Below are positions 13,489 to 28,317 of a stretch of 64,000 nucleotides of DNA, piece after piece (the stretch's first letter is position 1; the number at the start of each line of letters is the position of its first letter). A model generated the notes under the pieces. That model made no database searches. It was not told where the DNA came from and saw nothing but the letters and a program-made list of their open reading frames with translations. Source of the stretch: Halocafeteria seosinensis. Its lineage: Eukaryota. The position numbers and the translations under genes were made by a program. The stretch lies in contig LVLI01000643.1 of the NCBI GenBank assembly GCA_001687465.1, forward strand, positions 1-64,000, given 5' to 3'.

Positions 13489-13987
13489 ATATTAACAAGT
13501 AATAGCTGGATACCACACCATGCGTAGCTGTCGCACCGCCAATTCTGCGCCTAACTTCTCTACCGGCCCTGAATCGCGCCGCCCCGACTCAGTGACACCA
13601 CCCGAACTACAGTCGTTTAAACTACATATACCGAGCCTGTTCCGTCATTGTCAGTGTAGCCAGCGCCCTTTCAAGCAAAAATAGGTGCATGTAAAGAGTG
13701 ATACGAGACACTTATCAAACAGTGCGGCGCTGGTCCCATTCCTTGTAGTAGACCACGAGCCTCACCCCACCTCCGACTTTGGCTTGAGGCCACCAAGCCT
13801 ATCGAGTGCATAGTGGATCATACCACGGGTAGTATGAATATCGGGATTCATTGGCCTTGATAATCAGCCCATCACTGGAGAGAGACAGACCCAGTAAAGA
13901 GAGAAGGAAAAGGAAAAGTCTTATTATCCCGACCCAAGTGGTCAGCGACACATTGTATTGGAGCGATACAGACAAGCTGCTAACACA

Positions 13988-16900
13988 ATGACGTCCATTG
14001 ACAACTTTGAGAACATTCTACAAGCATTGACGACCCCTAACAATGACGAAAGGAGGCGTGCTGAACAGATTTTGGAAGAGTGTAAACAGCGCCCGGATGC
14101 TTTACTCACCTCTTTGATCCAGGTAAGCTACTGCGTCCTGCCATTGCCAGCTACATGCTGGACAAGATTCTCCCCTCGAGAAGGCTCGACCTTAACCCTT
14201 GGCCTTCATGTTAGTTGTGCCCCTTCTTAGGCGTCAAAGGGTTTCATGGAAAGAGTCTCAACAACTTGAAGAGTATGACGGGCCCAAGAGAGACTGACTC
14301 CAAACAACTCATATTACCTTGCTTTAAACTGTACTTGGATTTCTGCAGGCTACTCGTCACTCTAATTCACCGGAGATAAGAGCACTTGCAGCAGTAATCT
14401 TGAGAAGGATTATCTCCTCCGAGGAGCCCCCGTTGTTACCAAAGTGCTCAGAGAACACCCAGAATACATTATGCGATGAACTTATAAAAGGTATCCAGCA
14501 CGAAGAGGATTCAGCTATCCGAAAAAAGCTAACAGACACAACTGGCGAGTTAGCGCTTATATTGCTACCGGACAACAAATGGAATAACTTAATGCCGACG
14601 TTGTTTCACTGGGTGACGAAGGAAAACCTAATGCTTAGAGAAATGGCATTACGAATTTTTGAGCAACTTAGCATGTACTTTGTGAATCACATGCAAGCTC
14701 ACTTCTCGGAAATCAGCCGGATTTTTGAATCGTGCTTTCTAGATGGCAATGTATCAAGTTCTGTGAGGGTGGCCGCTGTACGAGCGGCGGGCACGTTGAT
14801 CATCTGTTTGGACACAGGTGCAAGTGTGTTATCGAAGCTGGCTAACCTTGCAGCCCCTTTCTGTGCAGTCGTGAGTAACTTATTGGCAAGTAACGATATG
14901 GATAGGGCAAAGCAAGTGGTTTCCGTGTTGATCGATATCGCTGACGCGCAGCCCACCTTTTTCAAGGGGACTTTGGATGATACGCTGAGGCTCATGCTCA
15001 CTATTACAGATAAGAAAGATTTGCCGAACGACATTCGCAGGCTTTCTCTGGAGTTTGTAGTTACCCTGGCAGAAGGTGCCCCTGCAATGGCACGAAAGCA
15101 GCCCCATAATGGTTTCGTGCGACGTACTCTCCCGGTAGTCTTTAATCTAATGCTTGAGCACCCCGAAGATCCCGAGTGGTCGTGTAGGGAGGAGAGTGAG
15201 GAAAGTGATCCGAAGTCCAATGTGACAGTTGCAGAGGAATGTTTAGGACGAATAGGTCACGCGATTGGAGCCAAAAAGTTCTTTCCAATAATGCTCCCCT
15301 TTGTTAGCCCCTTTCTTCAAAACAATGAATGGCAGTACCGATACGCTGGACTTTCTGCTTTAACGCAAGTTTCCGATCTGGGGTTGGAGAAGCATGAACA
15401 GCTAGACCATCTCGGGAAGCAGATTTTACCGTATTTCAATGACAACAGTGAAAGAGTGAGATATGCCGCCGTAACGGCAGTGGGAATGTTTTGCCTATAT
15501 AAGGGAGACACCTTCCTCCGAGATAATCATGAGGCCGTAGTGTCTGCTCTATTGCAAGGAGTTCGAGATCCGTGCAAGCGCGTACAGGCGCAAAGTGCCG
15601 GTGCGATTGTCAACTTTGCTCAGGCTGCAACTTCATCAACGCTTCAGCATTACGTAGGCCAACTGATGCAGTCCCTGTATATCCTTCTTCGCGATGGGGG
15701 AAGAACTTGTAAAGAATGGGGCATTTCAGCCATCTCAGCAGTCGCGGAGTCTGCAACTGTTTCTGTCAGAGACTATTACAGTGATTTAATGTCAGTCCTG
15801 CTTCCGATCATCCAGGCATCACCAGAGCAACTTAAGAACAATAGCTCCAATGAGCGCTCGGATCTTAGGTTGCTACGCGGTAAAGCTGTCGAGTGTGCTA
15901 GCGTTGTCGGAGTGGCAGTAGGTGCTGAACTGTTTCGCAAGGATGCTAAAAGCGTGATGCAGTCGTTGCTTCAGGCCAACGAGACCGCTCAAGATCCGGA
16001 TGATCCTACCCGCAGTTATCTGTGGCAAGCGTGGGGCCGAGTTGCATCCGTTTTAAAAGAAGATTTTGCACCCTATATGGATATGGTTCTACCGTCATTG
16101 CTTCAAGGAGCAGCCGCGGACGTCGGGTACCATAAATTAACCGATGAAGAAGCAGACGAAGCCAGAGAAATGCTTTCCCATTTCGATGAGGATAGTGACG
16201 AAGAGAACCAGATCGTGGAAGAAGATGATGGGCTCGTTCGGGTAAAAACAAGTGCCCTGGAAGACAAGATTACTGCGATCTCTATGCTTTCAAGTCTGTC
16301 GGCAGACATGAAGGGTTACTTCAAGCCCTACGTGAAGCAAGTGATCGACGTGCTAACCCCTGTATTCCAACTCAAGGGTACGGTCTTCGAGGATGCCAGA
16401 GTGCGTGCTGCTGAGGCTCTTCCCAATTTGGTTGCTGCCGCTAACTCAAGAAGTGGTTATGAAGCATTGCAAGCTTCGAATGAGGACCTCAAGCATCTTT
16501 TGGAAATTTCATTGAAGAGCGTAGCCCCAAAGATGGTAGATGAGTTGAACATGGATGTCTTGCTTGTCATGCTGGCTTGCATTAAACAGTGTGTGGAAGG
16601 GGCTTGCCAAGAAGTCAAGGAGGCATCTTCTTCGACCCCAGTAACACCAGCTGCTGATGGAGGCACAAACGGCTATCATCATGAGCAGTCATCACTACAT
16701 AAAGAATTGGATCCAGTTGTACCTTTGGGATTCGAAGAACCTACGAAGTACCAGCCGTTGCTGGATCAAACTTTTCTCCGTGAAGTTTCTCAGAGTATCT
16801 TGTCCGTACAGAGAAAATCATCTCAGAGACGAGCTGTATTGTATGCCGAAATGCAGACCAACCCTGATGATTTCGACGAAGAAGCAAATGAAGAACAGTA

Positions 16901-17714
16901 TACGAGGATGATGCAAGAAGATGAACTTCAATCGAGTTGTATGGATGTCCTCGGTACATTGCTAAAAACGCATACGTCCGTATTTATGCAAGTAATGAAA
17001 AACGACATTCTACCTACGTTGGTGGATTTGGTGAAAGACGGATCTACTGAAGGTGACCTACGGGCTGCAATCTTCCTTATGGATGACATTCTAGAATTCG
17101 GTGGGCAGGAAGGTCAAGCGTACTGGCACGATTTCAAGCCATATATGATGCGTGGCTGTGACGGCGAGAATCCTGCGTTGCGTCAAGCATCAGTGTATGG
17201 CTTAGGTGTTGCCGGCGAAAACTGTGGAGAACGCTTCGTGAATGATGCGCCAGAAATTTTGGCGAAGCTAAAGGACGTTGCAGACAAAATAGATCCGGGC
17301 CAAGACGATGATGAAACAGTTCACGATAACGCCGTATGTGCTGTCGCTAAGATTGTACAAAATTTGCCATCCAATCATGATATCGACTGTCGTTCTTATA
17401 TCTCTTGGTGGCTTGCAAAGTTGCCACTCCGAAGCGATGCTGAAGAATCACGAGTGTGCATGAAGATACTGTGCACTCGCATGGAGTCTGGCTGCCCATA
17501 CGTGGTCGGCTCAAATGGAGAGAACCTTCCCCACATATTAACCACTATAGCAGACGTAATTTCAGATGAGGATCTCTGTACTGTGGCTCTAGCAGCAAGG
17601 TTCCGGTATTGTCTTCAGCAAGTACAGACTATATTCCCTGGAGATGCGTGGGGTTGGTCATTCAAGCAGATATCGAACAACTCCCAGGTCATGCTTAATG
17701 AACTGGTAAAGTAG
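13988..17714 (+). CDS. IPO5: Importin-5 / importin-beta-3 family karyopherin
   Basis: N-terminal PNNDERRRAE, HEAT repeats, LRGKAVECASVVGVAVG, LWQAWGRVASVLKEDFAPYM, TSALEDK, LRQASVYGLG; intron 14123-14348. Confidence 0.88.
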
Positions 17715-17748
17715 ACTTTGTGCAATCTGCATGATGAACACATGGATT

Positions 17749-18561
17749 CTAAGTCCCAGAAGAGGTGCTTCCGTGTTGCGGTTCCTTTCCGAATAGTTCG
17801 TCGATTTCCTCAAAGGCACCATGGACGTTAACTCTGGCATCATTTGGATTCCAATTCGGTACCTCCAGTGGCTGGATGTCAGAACGCTGTATACCAACAT
17901 AGCAAAGCGAACGCTATTAAGTGAGCCTGTGATTGTACACAGTGAAACTCATCCTCGGACATACACTCTTGGTAAATTTGAAGGAGCGGAAGACTTTGCT
18001 GAACCCTTTAGGGCGTCGGCTGTTTTCGACATCTTGTAATGCCTGTAGTCTGTCGGCGGCGTTTTTGGCTGCCCTGTAGATTTCATCCATTAGCTCCTGC
18101 GTAATGTGAGAAAATTTATACCTAATACCACTGTGTGTAAACTACTGGTATGTATGGCTTCTCGCCCGCACCTCTACCACTTCAATAGCGTGAAAAACTG
18201 ATTGTAGATCTCTGGCTGCCTCAATGAGCGCTGGCAAGACGACGGATTCCAGTTTCTCTCGATCCATCCTCATCTGCATACGCCAAAGATAGCTAGATAG
18301 TGAAGGTATCCGCTGTCCAAAGAGACGACTGTAGGCCAGTGTAGCACGTACACTATCAATGAGCTGATTCAAGTCATCCACCAAGGACAAATTGTTGCCA
18401 ATGTGTTCATCAAAGCGTTTGAGGCTTTGCTCCTTGAATTCCAGGTCTCTCCTCACGGTGGATTCGATCTCTTCCAGAGCCTCCGCTACAGTGCCCTGTG
18501 TCCCTTGATACTCTCTCTCTGCATGTTGCTGCTGTCCCTGCTGTAGATGAGATGACGACAT
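17749..18561 (-). CDS. BLOC-1 subunit 4 (cappuccino/CNL1)-like, multi-exon
   Basis: Spliced product LNQLIDS|MRMDREKLESVVLPALIEAARDLQSVFHAIEVVE|ELMDEIY resembles the BLOC1S4 coiled coil. Confidence 0.55.
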
Positions 18562-18642
18562 TATTATTGATGATATTATTTCAATTATTCTGTGGTATTC
18601 ATAAGGACAAATTTAACAAAACGGTCAATCAGTGATGATATT

Positions 18643-20110
18643 ATGAGAGGAGTGACTGCATGGTGCCGACGCTGTGTGGCGTATCGGAGCTGTATCGCAG
18701 CTTATACTCAAGGGATAGCACCCTTCAGGTTCAGATCAAGCAAGCAAAGGGTGCCGTTCCATTCCAGCCCTTGGAAGGGATTCCAAAGGGAGCACAACCC
18801 GGCACTGGTAGAGAACCATGGCAGTGCGTACACTCGATTTATGCAAGGTACGTGGACGTGGGGAGACTACCCATGAAAACTCGTAACTTTGAATTATCGC
18901 TTGCTATTCAGATATGAAAGAAGACCCCGGTAGCTATCAGTGCGTCTGGAAAGGTAACTACCAGCATAGCAACCTGGAAGCTGAAGTGAGCATCAAGGCA
19001 CAGAACTGCGACATTGAGATATACCCAACATGGTTCGAACACAGCGAGGTTTATTTGCTTCGACCAGAGCAAGAAACCGCGGCATCGTCGAGGAGTAGTA
19101 ATCAGAGTACAAGACACCACTATTGGGACCAAGACGTAGCACTCAAGAAGTCTGACGAAGAAGCAAGGATGGCCATCGACGTCAAGGGATCGCAAGCCGC
19201 TGGCGGCCAGGAGAGCGCCAGACGATTGGCAGTCTGCATGCCTCAATTTGCTCCCGTAAACATATTCCACTCAGGAAGGGGAAACATCACAGTATTCGAC
19301 AAAGTAGAGAACGATGTGCATGTTCGCACGAATTATGGCAATATCAGTGTCAACAAAATACGCGGAGTTAACGTCACCTTAATGTCCCAACACGGGAACG
19401 TGACCGCGACTTCGGCAATCGAGGGTAACATTGACCTCTATGGAAAACAAATCAACTTCCAAAAATTGTTGGCCGGAAACCTCACCATAGTAGCTGACGA
19501 AACCATCAACGGCGCAGGTCTCTATGCCCAGATGGCGATGTTGAGTTCACAGGATGGCGACATCAGGTTGGGATCTTCCCACGGTGATCTAAAACTTCAA
19601 ACCCAAGCCGGAAACATAGACTTACCGGACGCTCGCGGTTGTATAAACGCTCATGTGCACCATTCCGGCTCGGTAAGCCTCCATCTGGAATATCCTGAAG
19701 GTCGTAGCTCGATTCAAGCAGGAAAGAACAAAGGAGATGTCGAATGTCATCTGTCCGCCGCCGAAAATATACTAGCAGAACTCGAAGGATTAACAGTGAA
19801 TGTGCCGAATGACATTAGGCGACAGCTCAAACCAGTGAGTACGAACCCGACCGCAACGTGCTACCAAGGAGAAATAACGCTTACGGGTGACTCAGTTGAG
19901 GACCCGGCATCAAAAGGGAGGATAGGTAAGATCGATCAAAAAGCCGCAGCAGAAATGCCGGGAAACTTTATACAAGAACACTCGGAGAGCGCAACCAGTG
20001 CTGCACTTCGGTGCTTCGCGGTGTCCGGTTCAGTCAACTTACACGCCAAGTCTTGGAAAGACTTTGTCAGGGAAAGATATTACAGTAAAGCGCGAGATGA
20101 AAATATTTGA
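18643..20110 (+). CDS. DUF4097 beta-repeat protein (FAM185A-like), probably mitochondrial
   Basis: Presequence-like exon 1; repeats VRTNYGNISV, LMSQHGNVT, LSSQDGDIRL, LQTQAGNIDL. Confidence 0.7.
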
Positions 20111-20125
20111 GAAAACCTGAACTTC

Positions 20126-21195
20126 TCATATCATTTGCTCAGCAGCTTCGATGCGCACTTCTTCCATGACGTCATTAATGGCATCTAACACACCCTGGCG
20201 AAAGTGTTCTTTTTCTTTCAACTGAGACTGTAGCGTCGCTGCCTTGCTATCGTCGCCGCCCCCCGAAAAGTGATGTAGACGCTGTGCGACGAGAAGTTCA
20301 GAGCGGATGACTTGTATATCAATTACACTTTGAAGGTTATGCTTCTCGTGTTGCTGTAGTTCTTCCACTCGCTTTGCTAGGGCAGGTGCTTCGAGCTCTT
20401 CTAGCCGTGGAACAAGTTCTCTGACTTTGTTACTGACATTTGCCATCTCCCTCGTTATATTTTCCACGTCTCGTTGATAAAGTCTCTGGTTATTGATAGA
20501 ACTTTCCTTCGCTTCAGTGACGTATTTGTTAAACGACCTGTTAACACACCCACAAAAAAGCTACCGAAGTGTCAGTTTCAAGGGACAAAGAAGAAGGCAC
20601 TTGCTTACTGCTCAAGTTCCTTAAACAGGGATGTCCTTTGTTCTTGTTGTTTAATGACCTGTTGTAGCGCACTACCTAATGTTTTTGATGTTTCGATAAC
20701 CTCATGCGAAGGAGTACTTCGGAATGACCCCTTGGGCGAAGACTGTGTGTTGACTTCCTGAGGCTGCTGCGCAGTATGTGCAGAGCCACCCGATCTTGCT
20801 GCCGGTCCAGGAACGGAGACGTAGAATTCCGGGTTGTTTTCAATGTACTCAATCAACTGATCCACCTGCTCTGACGTCGTATCACTTCGTGTGTTAGTAG
20901 CTTCCTTCTGAGCATCAATATCGAGACTCTGCCCTCGTGGTTCCACTCCCAGCGCTGTTGTTGTAGAAGTAGCCTCGCTTTCCGAGGTGCTGGTACTTCC
21001 TTCCAAACCGATAGGTGTGCCATAACCATGCTGCGCAATTGTCTCTTGTCTCGCCGCCAAAACTCGAACATAATCTTCCCATTGTGGCTCTTGGTCACCA
21101 GAAGAAGGGGACTGTCCCTCTGCCGTCATTTCCGTTCTCCCTGAAGTAGCAGATACATCACGAGACGATGAAGCAGTAGTAGTATCACCCTCCAT
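20126..21195 (-). CDS. Required-for-excision 1-B domain protein
   Basis: QEQRTSLFKELEQ...ITREMANVSNKVREL...VEELQQHEKHNLQ...AINDVMEEVR fits the REX1-B family as recalled. Confidence 0.7.
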
Positions 21196-21435
21196 TGTTA
21201 TACCGCGTTTCAGGCAGCCAATGGGGACAAACAACCCTGTATGAAATAGTTCATGTAAGTTGAAGTTACGGGCTTCACAGCCTACCACATCGACTGTCTA
21301 GACCACAGAGGGCCTTCCAATGCTAATGCTGGTATTGCCTTTTCTATATAGATATGCTCTACATGCATGCGTGCTCATTGGAATAGGGATTTTCTCTGAA
21401 GGGAAGTTGCTGGTATAGCAGAAAGGGGCGAAAGA

Positions 21436-22247
21436 ATGGTACGTGCCAACTGAGAAGGCGTCGCTCGGATATACAGGATTCCATTACCATCTGACTGCGC
21501 TCTATATGCTTAACTTGTACAGCTATCTCTTTTGGGAGGCCTTGCACAATGGATCTGCTCCAAGCCAGAGGTGGCTGTGCCCATAGTTGGACTGGATAAT
21601 GCTGGGAAAACTACGCTACTGGAGCAAGCCAAAGCTCTCTTCAACAGGAGCCATAATAGAAAGATGGCCATCGATAGACTACCGCCTACGATTGGAATGA
21701 ACAGTACGTAACACTCCCTTTGGTAGCGTCTTGCTTTTGTGCCCTGGAAACGACAATGTTTGGGTAACACTCTGCAGTTGCTAAAATGGATATTGCGGGA
21801 TCGACGGTGACATTTTGGGATTTGGGAGGACATATGAAGAGGATATGGAAACAGTATTATGAGGATGCCAACGGAGTAATTTGCGTTCTAGACGCTGCAG
21901 ATGATAGGAGGCTGATCGAGGTCAAAGAAGTTATACAAGAAATATTAGCGACGCCAGAATTGAAGGGAAAACCACTGCTCATACTTGCGAACAAGAGAGA
22001 TATACCCGGCTCTCATGATGCGACGTCCATCTCTCAACAGTTGATTCCAGACCTTGAAAGCAAAAGGAAAGAAAGGGCGGTCCGAGTTATGGGTGTATCG
22101 GCACTCAGCTGGTAAGCAAATATTCTAGCAGCTGTTTATTTGGATGGTGTGGAACTAACGGTTTGTGTGGTCTGCTGCGACTACAGCGAAGGCCTAGACG
22201 ACGCTCTGAAATGGATTGCCATTGAGGCTGCAAAAATGATAGATTGA
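21436..22247 (+). CDS. ARFRP1: ARF-related protein 1-like small GTPase, multi-exon
   Basis: ATG|intron|[55 protein letters not shown]; no Gly2, as in ARFRP1. Confidence 0.8.
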
Positions 22248-22255
22248 GTTGTATT

Positions 22256-24661
<2,406 letters not shown>

Positions 24662-24924
24662 TGTTTCCTATACAATGAATCAGTCGGCGATTGCTATTTA
24701 CTATTGTCGGCCACGCACAGTGCCCGTGAACAGCGTCTGGTCCCCCTGTTCGGTTGCTATGTTACCGCTTGCTGTCCATTGTTCCCCACTTCCTTAATGG
24801 CACTGGGCCGATAATTAACAAACGCAGTCTCCCGTCTTTGCACTATGTTTCCTGTAGTGTTTTACTCCTTATTAGCACGCGCAAAGGGCACAAAAGGCCC
24901 AGGCCAAACGTCTCTTTCTTCAAC

Positions 24925-25417
24925 TACGTCGGGTCTTGTCTTCGCTCTTTCTTTTCCAAAGCACCAGCGTTATCTAGGAAAATAGAACGCACTTCATACA
25001 CTCGTTTGATACCTGGTGTACCTTTGAATATGTTCCCAGGAACGCCTTGTAAGATGATATCAACCAAAGAGAACGCCTCCGAACCTGGTAGAGGAGGCAC
25101 GACTTCCCGTTCTGCCCACCAAATCTTTTTGTTAAGTGCCGGAATACGTGGAGCAACAAATCTCTCTATTGTTTATTCGCACTTTGCACTGTACCAATCC
25201 TTCGAAATGTGTCTGCCAAAGCAGCATACCAGATGCGGTCGACAGTCCGTTCTCCGGTCCGGTTTTCGGATCTGTTCGGGTGCGTAGCACTCGTTGAAGT
25301 GCGGAAAACACTGCAGGAACCCACCGAAAAATTCAAATGGAGCAGCTACAACAAGCGTCAAAAACGTATCTTTGTTGAGTTGATTGAGGTGTTACCGTGC
25401 CAAATATTGTTGGTGCA
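24925..25417 (-). CDS. Possible small multi-exon hypothetical gene
   Basis: Several GT-AG pairs joining short open exons (e.g. AEREVVPPLPGSEAFSLVDIILQGVPGNIFK|DNAGALEKKERRQDPT*); boundaries uncertain. Confidence 0.3.
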
Positions 25418-25490
25418 TAGATTGACTCTTTGATCCCCTTGAACTGGGATTTAATTCATCAACTAGTTAAGCTACTCGAGGCCAAAGAGA

Positions 25491-26767
25491 ATGGAAGGAG
25501 GTATGCCTGGAATTTGAATTACTCATTGCTTTAAACTTAAAGAGGCGTTAGACACGCTGCTCTCGCTGCTCTGTCTCATCTTTTCATCCTATCGATGTAT
25601 GTATGTGTCTGCTCCAGGAAACGGCTTTATGAGTCCCCAGCAAAATAGTGGAGGTGGTGGCTTCATGAGCCCGAGCTCATTCAAACAGCAAGATGAGAAT
25701 GGTGGAGGATTCAAGCAAGATACATCTCCCAACTCAAAACGAGTAAGAATATATCATTATGCGATGTGTACCGTTGCGCATTGAACTGGTCGTTCGTTTT
25801 GGCAGTTTTTACGCGAAAAGAAATCGCTCCGGCCCATTACCATCAGTCAGCTGAACTCAGTTCAAGCTAAACAAGACGGCGAGGGGTTTATGCTCGATGA
25901 AATCGACATAGATCAGGTATTATTATATTTTTACCGCCATGATTCGTACGGTGAAACTTTTATTTCTTCTATTTGAGTGCTTATGGAAAACAGGTGAAGC
26001 TGATAGCATGCATCACAAACATCCAAGAGGGTCCAGCCCATTTGAACATCACTTTACATGATGGCTTTGAGGAAACCGTGGTAAAGCGCTGGAGTGACGC
26101 AGAAGAAACTGAACATGAGGCAAAAAGCCGAGCTAAATTAGAGTAAGCTCTTTCCTTTGTCAGGTTGTCTTCTTCCGAAACCGACTGCTGCTGTTTTTGC
26201 AGGATTGGCACGTTTGTCCAAGTGGTTGGCCAACTGAAGAGTTTGGGGCAAAACCGGCAAATGCAAACGTTCGATATCCGTCCAATAAAGGACTATAACG
26301 AAATTGTTACTCACACGTTGGATAGCGCCTATACGACCTTGCTTCTGACACAGCAACCTCTACAAGTAAGTGCCCTGCAGAGTCTGTTCCTGGACTTTAT
26401 TACTCAGCAATCGTGTTATCGGGTACAGCCAACTAAAGTGGACGGTAACCAGCCTCAAAAAGCAGGGTTGAGTCAAAGTGGAACATTTGGATCTAATTTC
26501 AACCAGCAGAATGCCCCAAATGTGCAAAACCCAGTATCTCACCAGCAGGAGTCGGGAGAAGATCCTAATAGGACAAGGATTCTAGACTTATTCCGAGAAA
26601 TGGGTGACTCTGAGGATGGTGCTTCGATAGTAGACGTCCAAGCCCGAATGGAGCGAGACTATGGAGTGAAAAAAGACGACGTAAGGAAGATTGTAGACAC
26701 TCTGTTTTATGAAGGACAACTGTACTCTACCATCGATGAGAACACTCACTACGCTGTAACAGAGTAG
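25491..26767 (+). CDS. RPA2: Replication protein A 32 kDa subunit, multi-exon
   Basis: GGGFMSP N-terminus, SLRPITISQL, OB fold, IRPIKDYNEIVTHTLD, C-terminal winged helix EGQLYSTIDENTHY. Confidence 0.92.
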
Positions 26768-26892
26768 CCAAAGATTGACTTAAGCAATACACCCACGGTT
26801 CTTGTTACATGAGTGCCCCTGTTCCTCGTACCCAGCGTGAGCATACACATTGGCAGGCAACTGAAACCAGCTTTTTGTCATTATTGGGTGTC

Positions 26893-28089
26893 CTATCTAA
26901 TCGATCTCGTATCGCAATTGCTTGACGTCCATCCCTTGAAGCACGTACATACCCCTCTAGAATGGTCACACTTTCCTTTACCGGAACAGTCGTTGTGGCA
27001 CTTATTACCTTTTGCTCCAGCATCAATTCCCAGAGTTGGAAGCGAATCGGGAGGAGAACATTCTGACGTAGAGCCGTCGCGGTCGTCATAACAAGGGTTC
27101 CCATCGTCATCCTTTGCACCCTTGTATACGTTTCCGTTATCCAACATGTACGAGCAATCTTCCTCGTCTCGGTTTCTCGTTGTTGGGTTGTCACCGGAAG
27201 GACAGCGCCCTGCAATGATTTTTGGTTGAGTTTACATTTTGGGTATGGTACTCCAAGTTATATACTTACGAAGACTACAGTCGGTCCCAAACCAACTTGT
27301 GGCTTGTTTCTCGTCTGTTCCAAGTCCCACATCCCAAACGGAATCGCAAACACATCCGTAGAGTTTGTCTTCGTCCCAACTTCCCTGGGGTCAACAAGGG
27401 AAAAACTATGTCAGCCTACAATATTGTACATCGACCGTGACAACCTACTTCTGTTGAACTATACGTCGTGGGCGGCCGAATTGGCACTGCGTTCTTTTCG
27501 TCGGCCATTTGTCTCATACTAACACATCGTCCATGGCCAGAGCAATCATTCGGACAAACAGCTGAGCAGGGTACAACTTCATGTGTTCTCGTGAAAACCT
27601 GAAGGCTTTCAGAAAATACTTACTTCTCTGACAAGCGTCGCCTGCAAAGCCTGCAAAACAACGGCATTCACCTGTACCTCGATTGCATAATCCCATGGCA
27701 GAGCATTCTGCTAGCTCATGAGCGCTTCTTCTCCCCGTTGCAGGGTCCACCCAAGCCTTGCCTGAAGGGCATGTACCTGCTCCCAAACAAATGGATATAC
27801 GAATCAATAGAAAACCATGGTTGAGAGTTGCTGTCTTACGTGTGGAGCAATCGGGTGCCTTGTAAGATGCTATATCGGCTTCGGCTCCAAACCCCAAAAT
27901 GCACTTGCAGGTCTTCGTTTCCGTTTCACACATTCCATGGCCGTTGCATTCGTTCAATGCTGAACACGCCGTAGATCCCTGCCCTGAGACCTGATGTATT
28001 TGTACGATGGCTAAAACGAGAAGAAGAGCGCTGCTGAATGTGCTAATGCTTCGGAGGAAGGCGTTAGAGCATAGGTTTAACCACCCCAT
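26893..28089 (-). CDS. Secreted EGF/tenascin-like repeat protein, multi-exon
   Basis: Signal peptide; CNGHGMC, CPSGKAWVD...HELAECSAMGLCNRGTGECRCFAGFAGDACQR, CSGKGKCDHSRGVCTCFKGW. Confidence 0.88.
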
Positions 28090-28317
28090 TCTGGACTTAT
28101 TGCCCACCAACGGCCACAGATACGGATGCTAAGTACTCATGGGAATACGGAGATTGCCCGTTCCAGAAGAGAAAAAAAAAAATATTACCTATGTTCATCA
28201 AGAAAATTGAGGAAAAAAGCCTATCAAATCAGTCATTGACATCGGTCGTAAAGCGTTGCGTCGCGTAAAAAGTTACAAGGCTGTTGAAGTTACATTGTAC
28301 TCAGCATAGTCTGCCGT

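Noticed and set aside
13655..13735. Inverted repeat CCAGCGCC/GGCGCTGG upstream of importin-5
   Set aside because: A single 8-bp stem with no supporting motifs.
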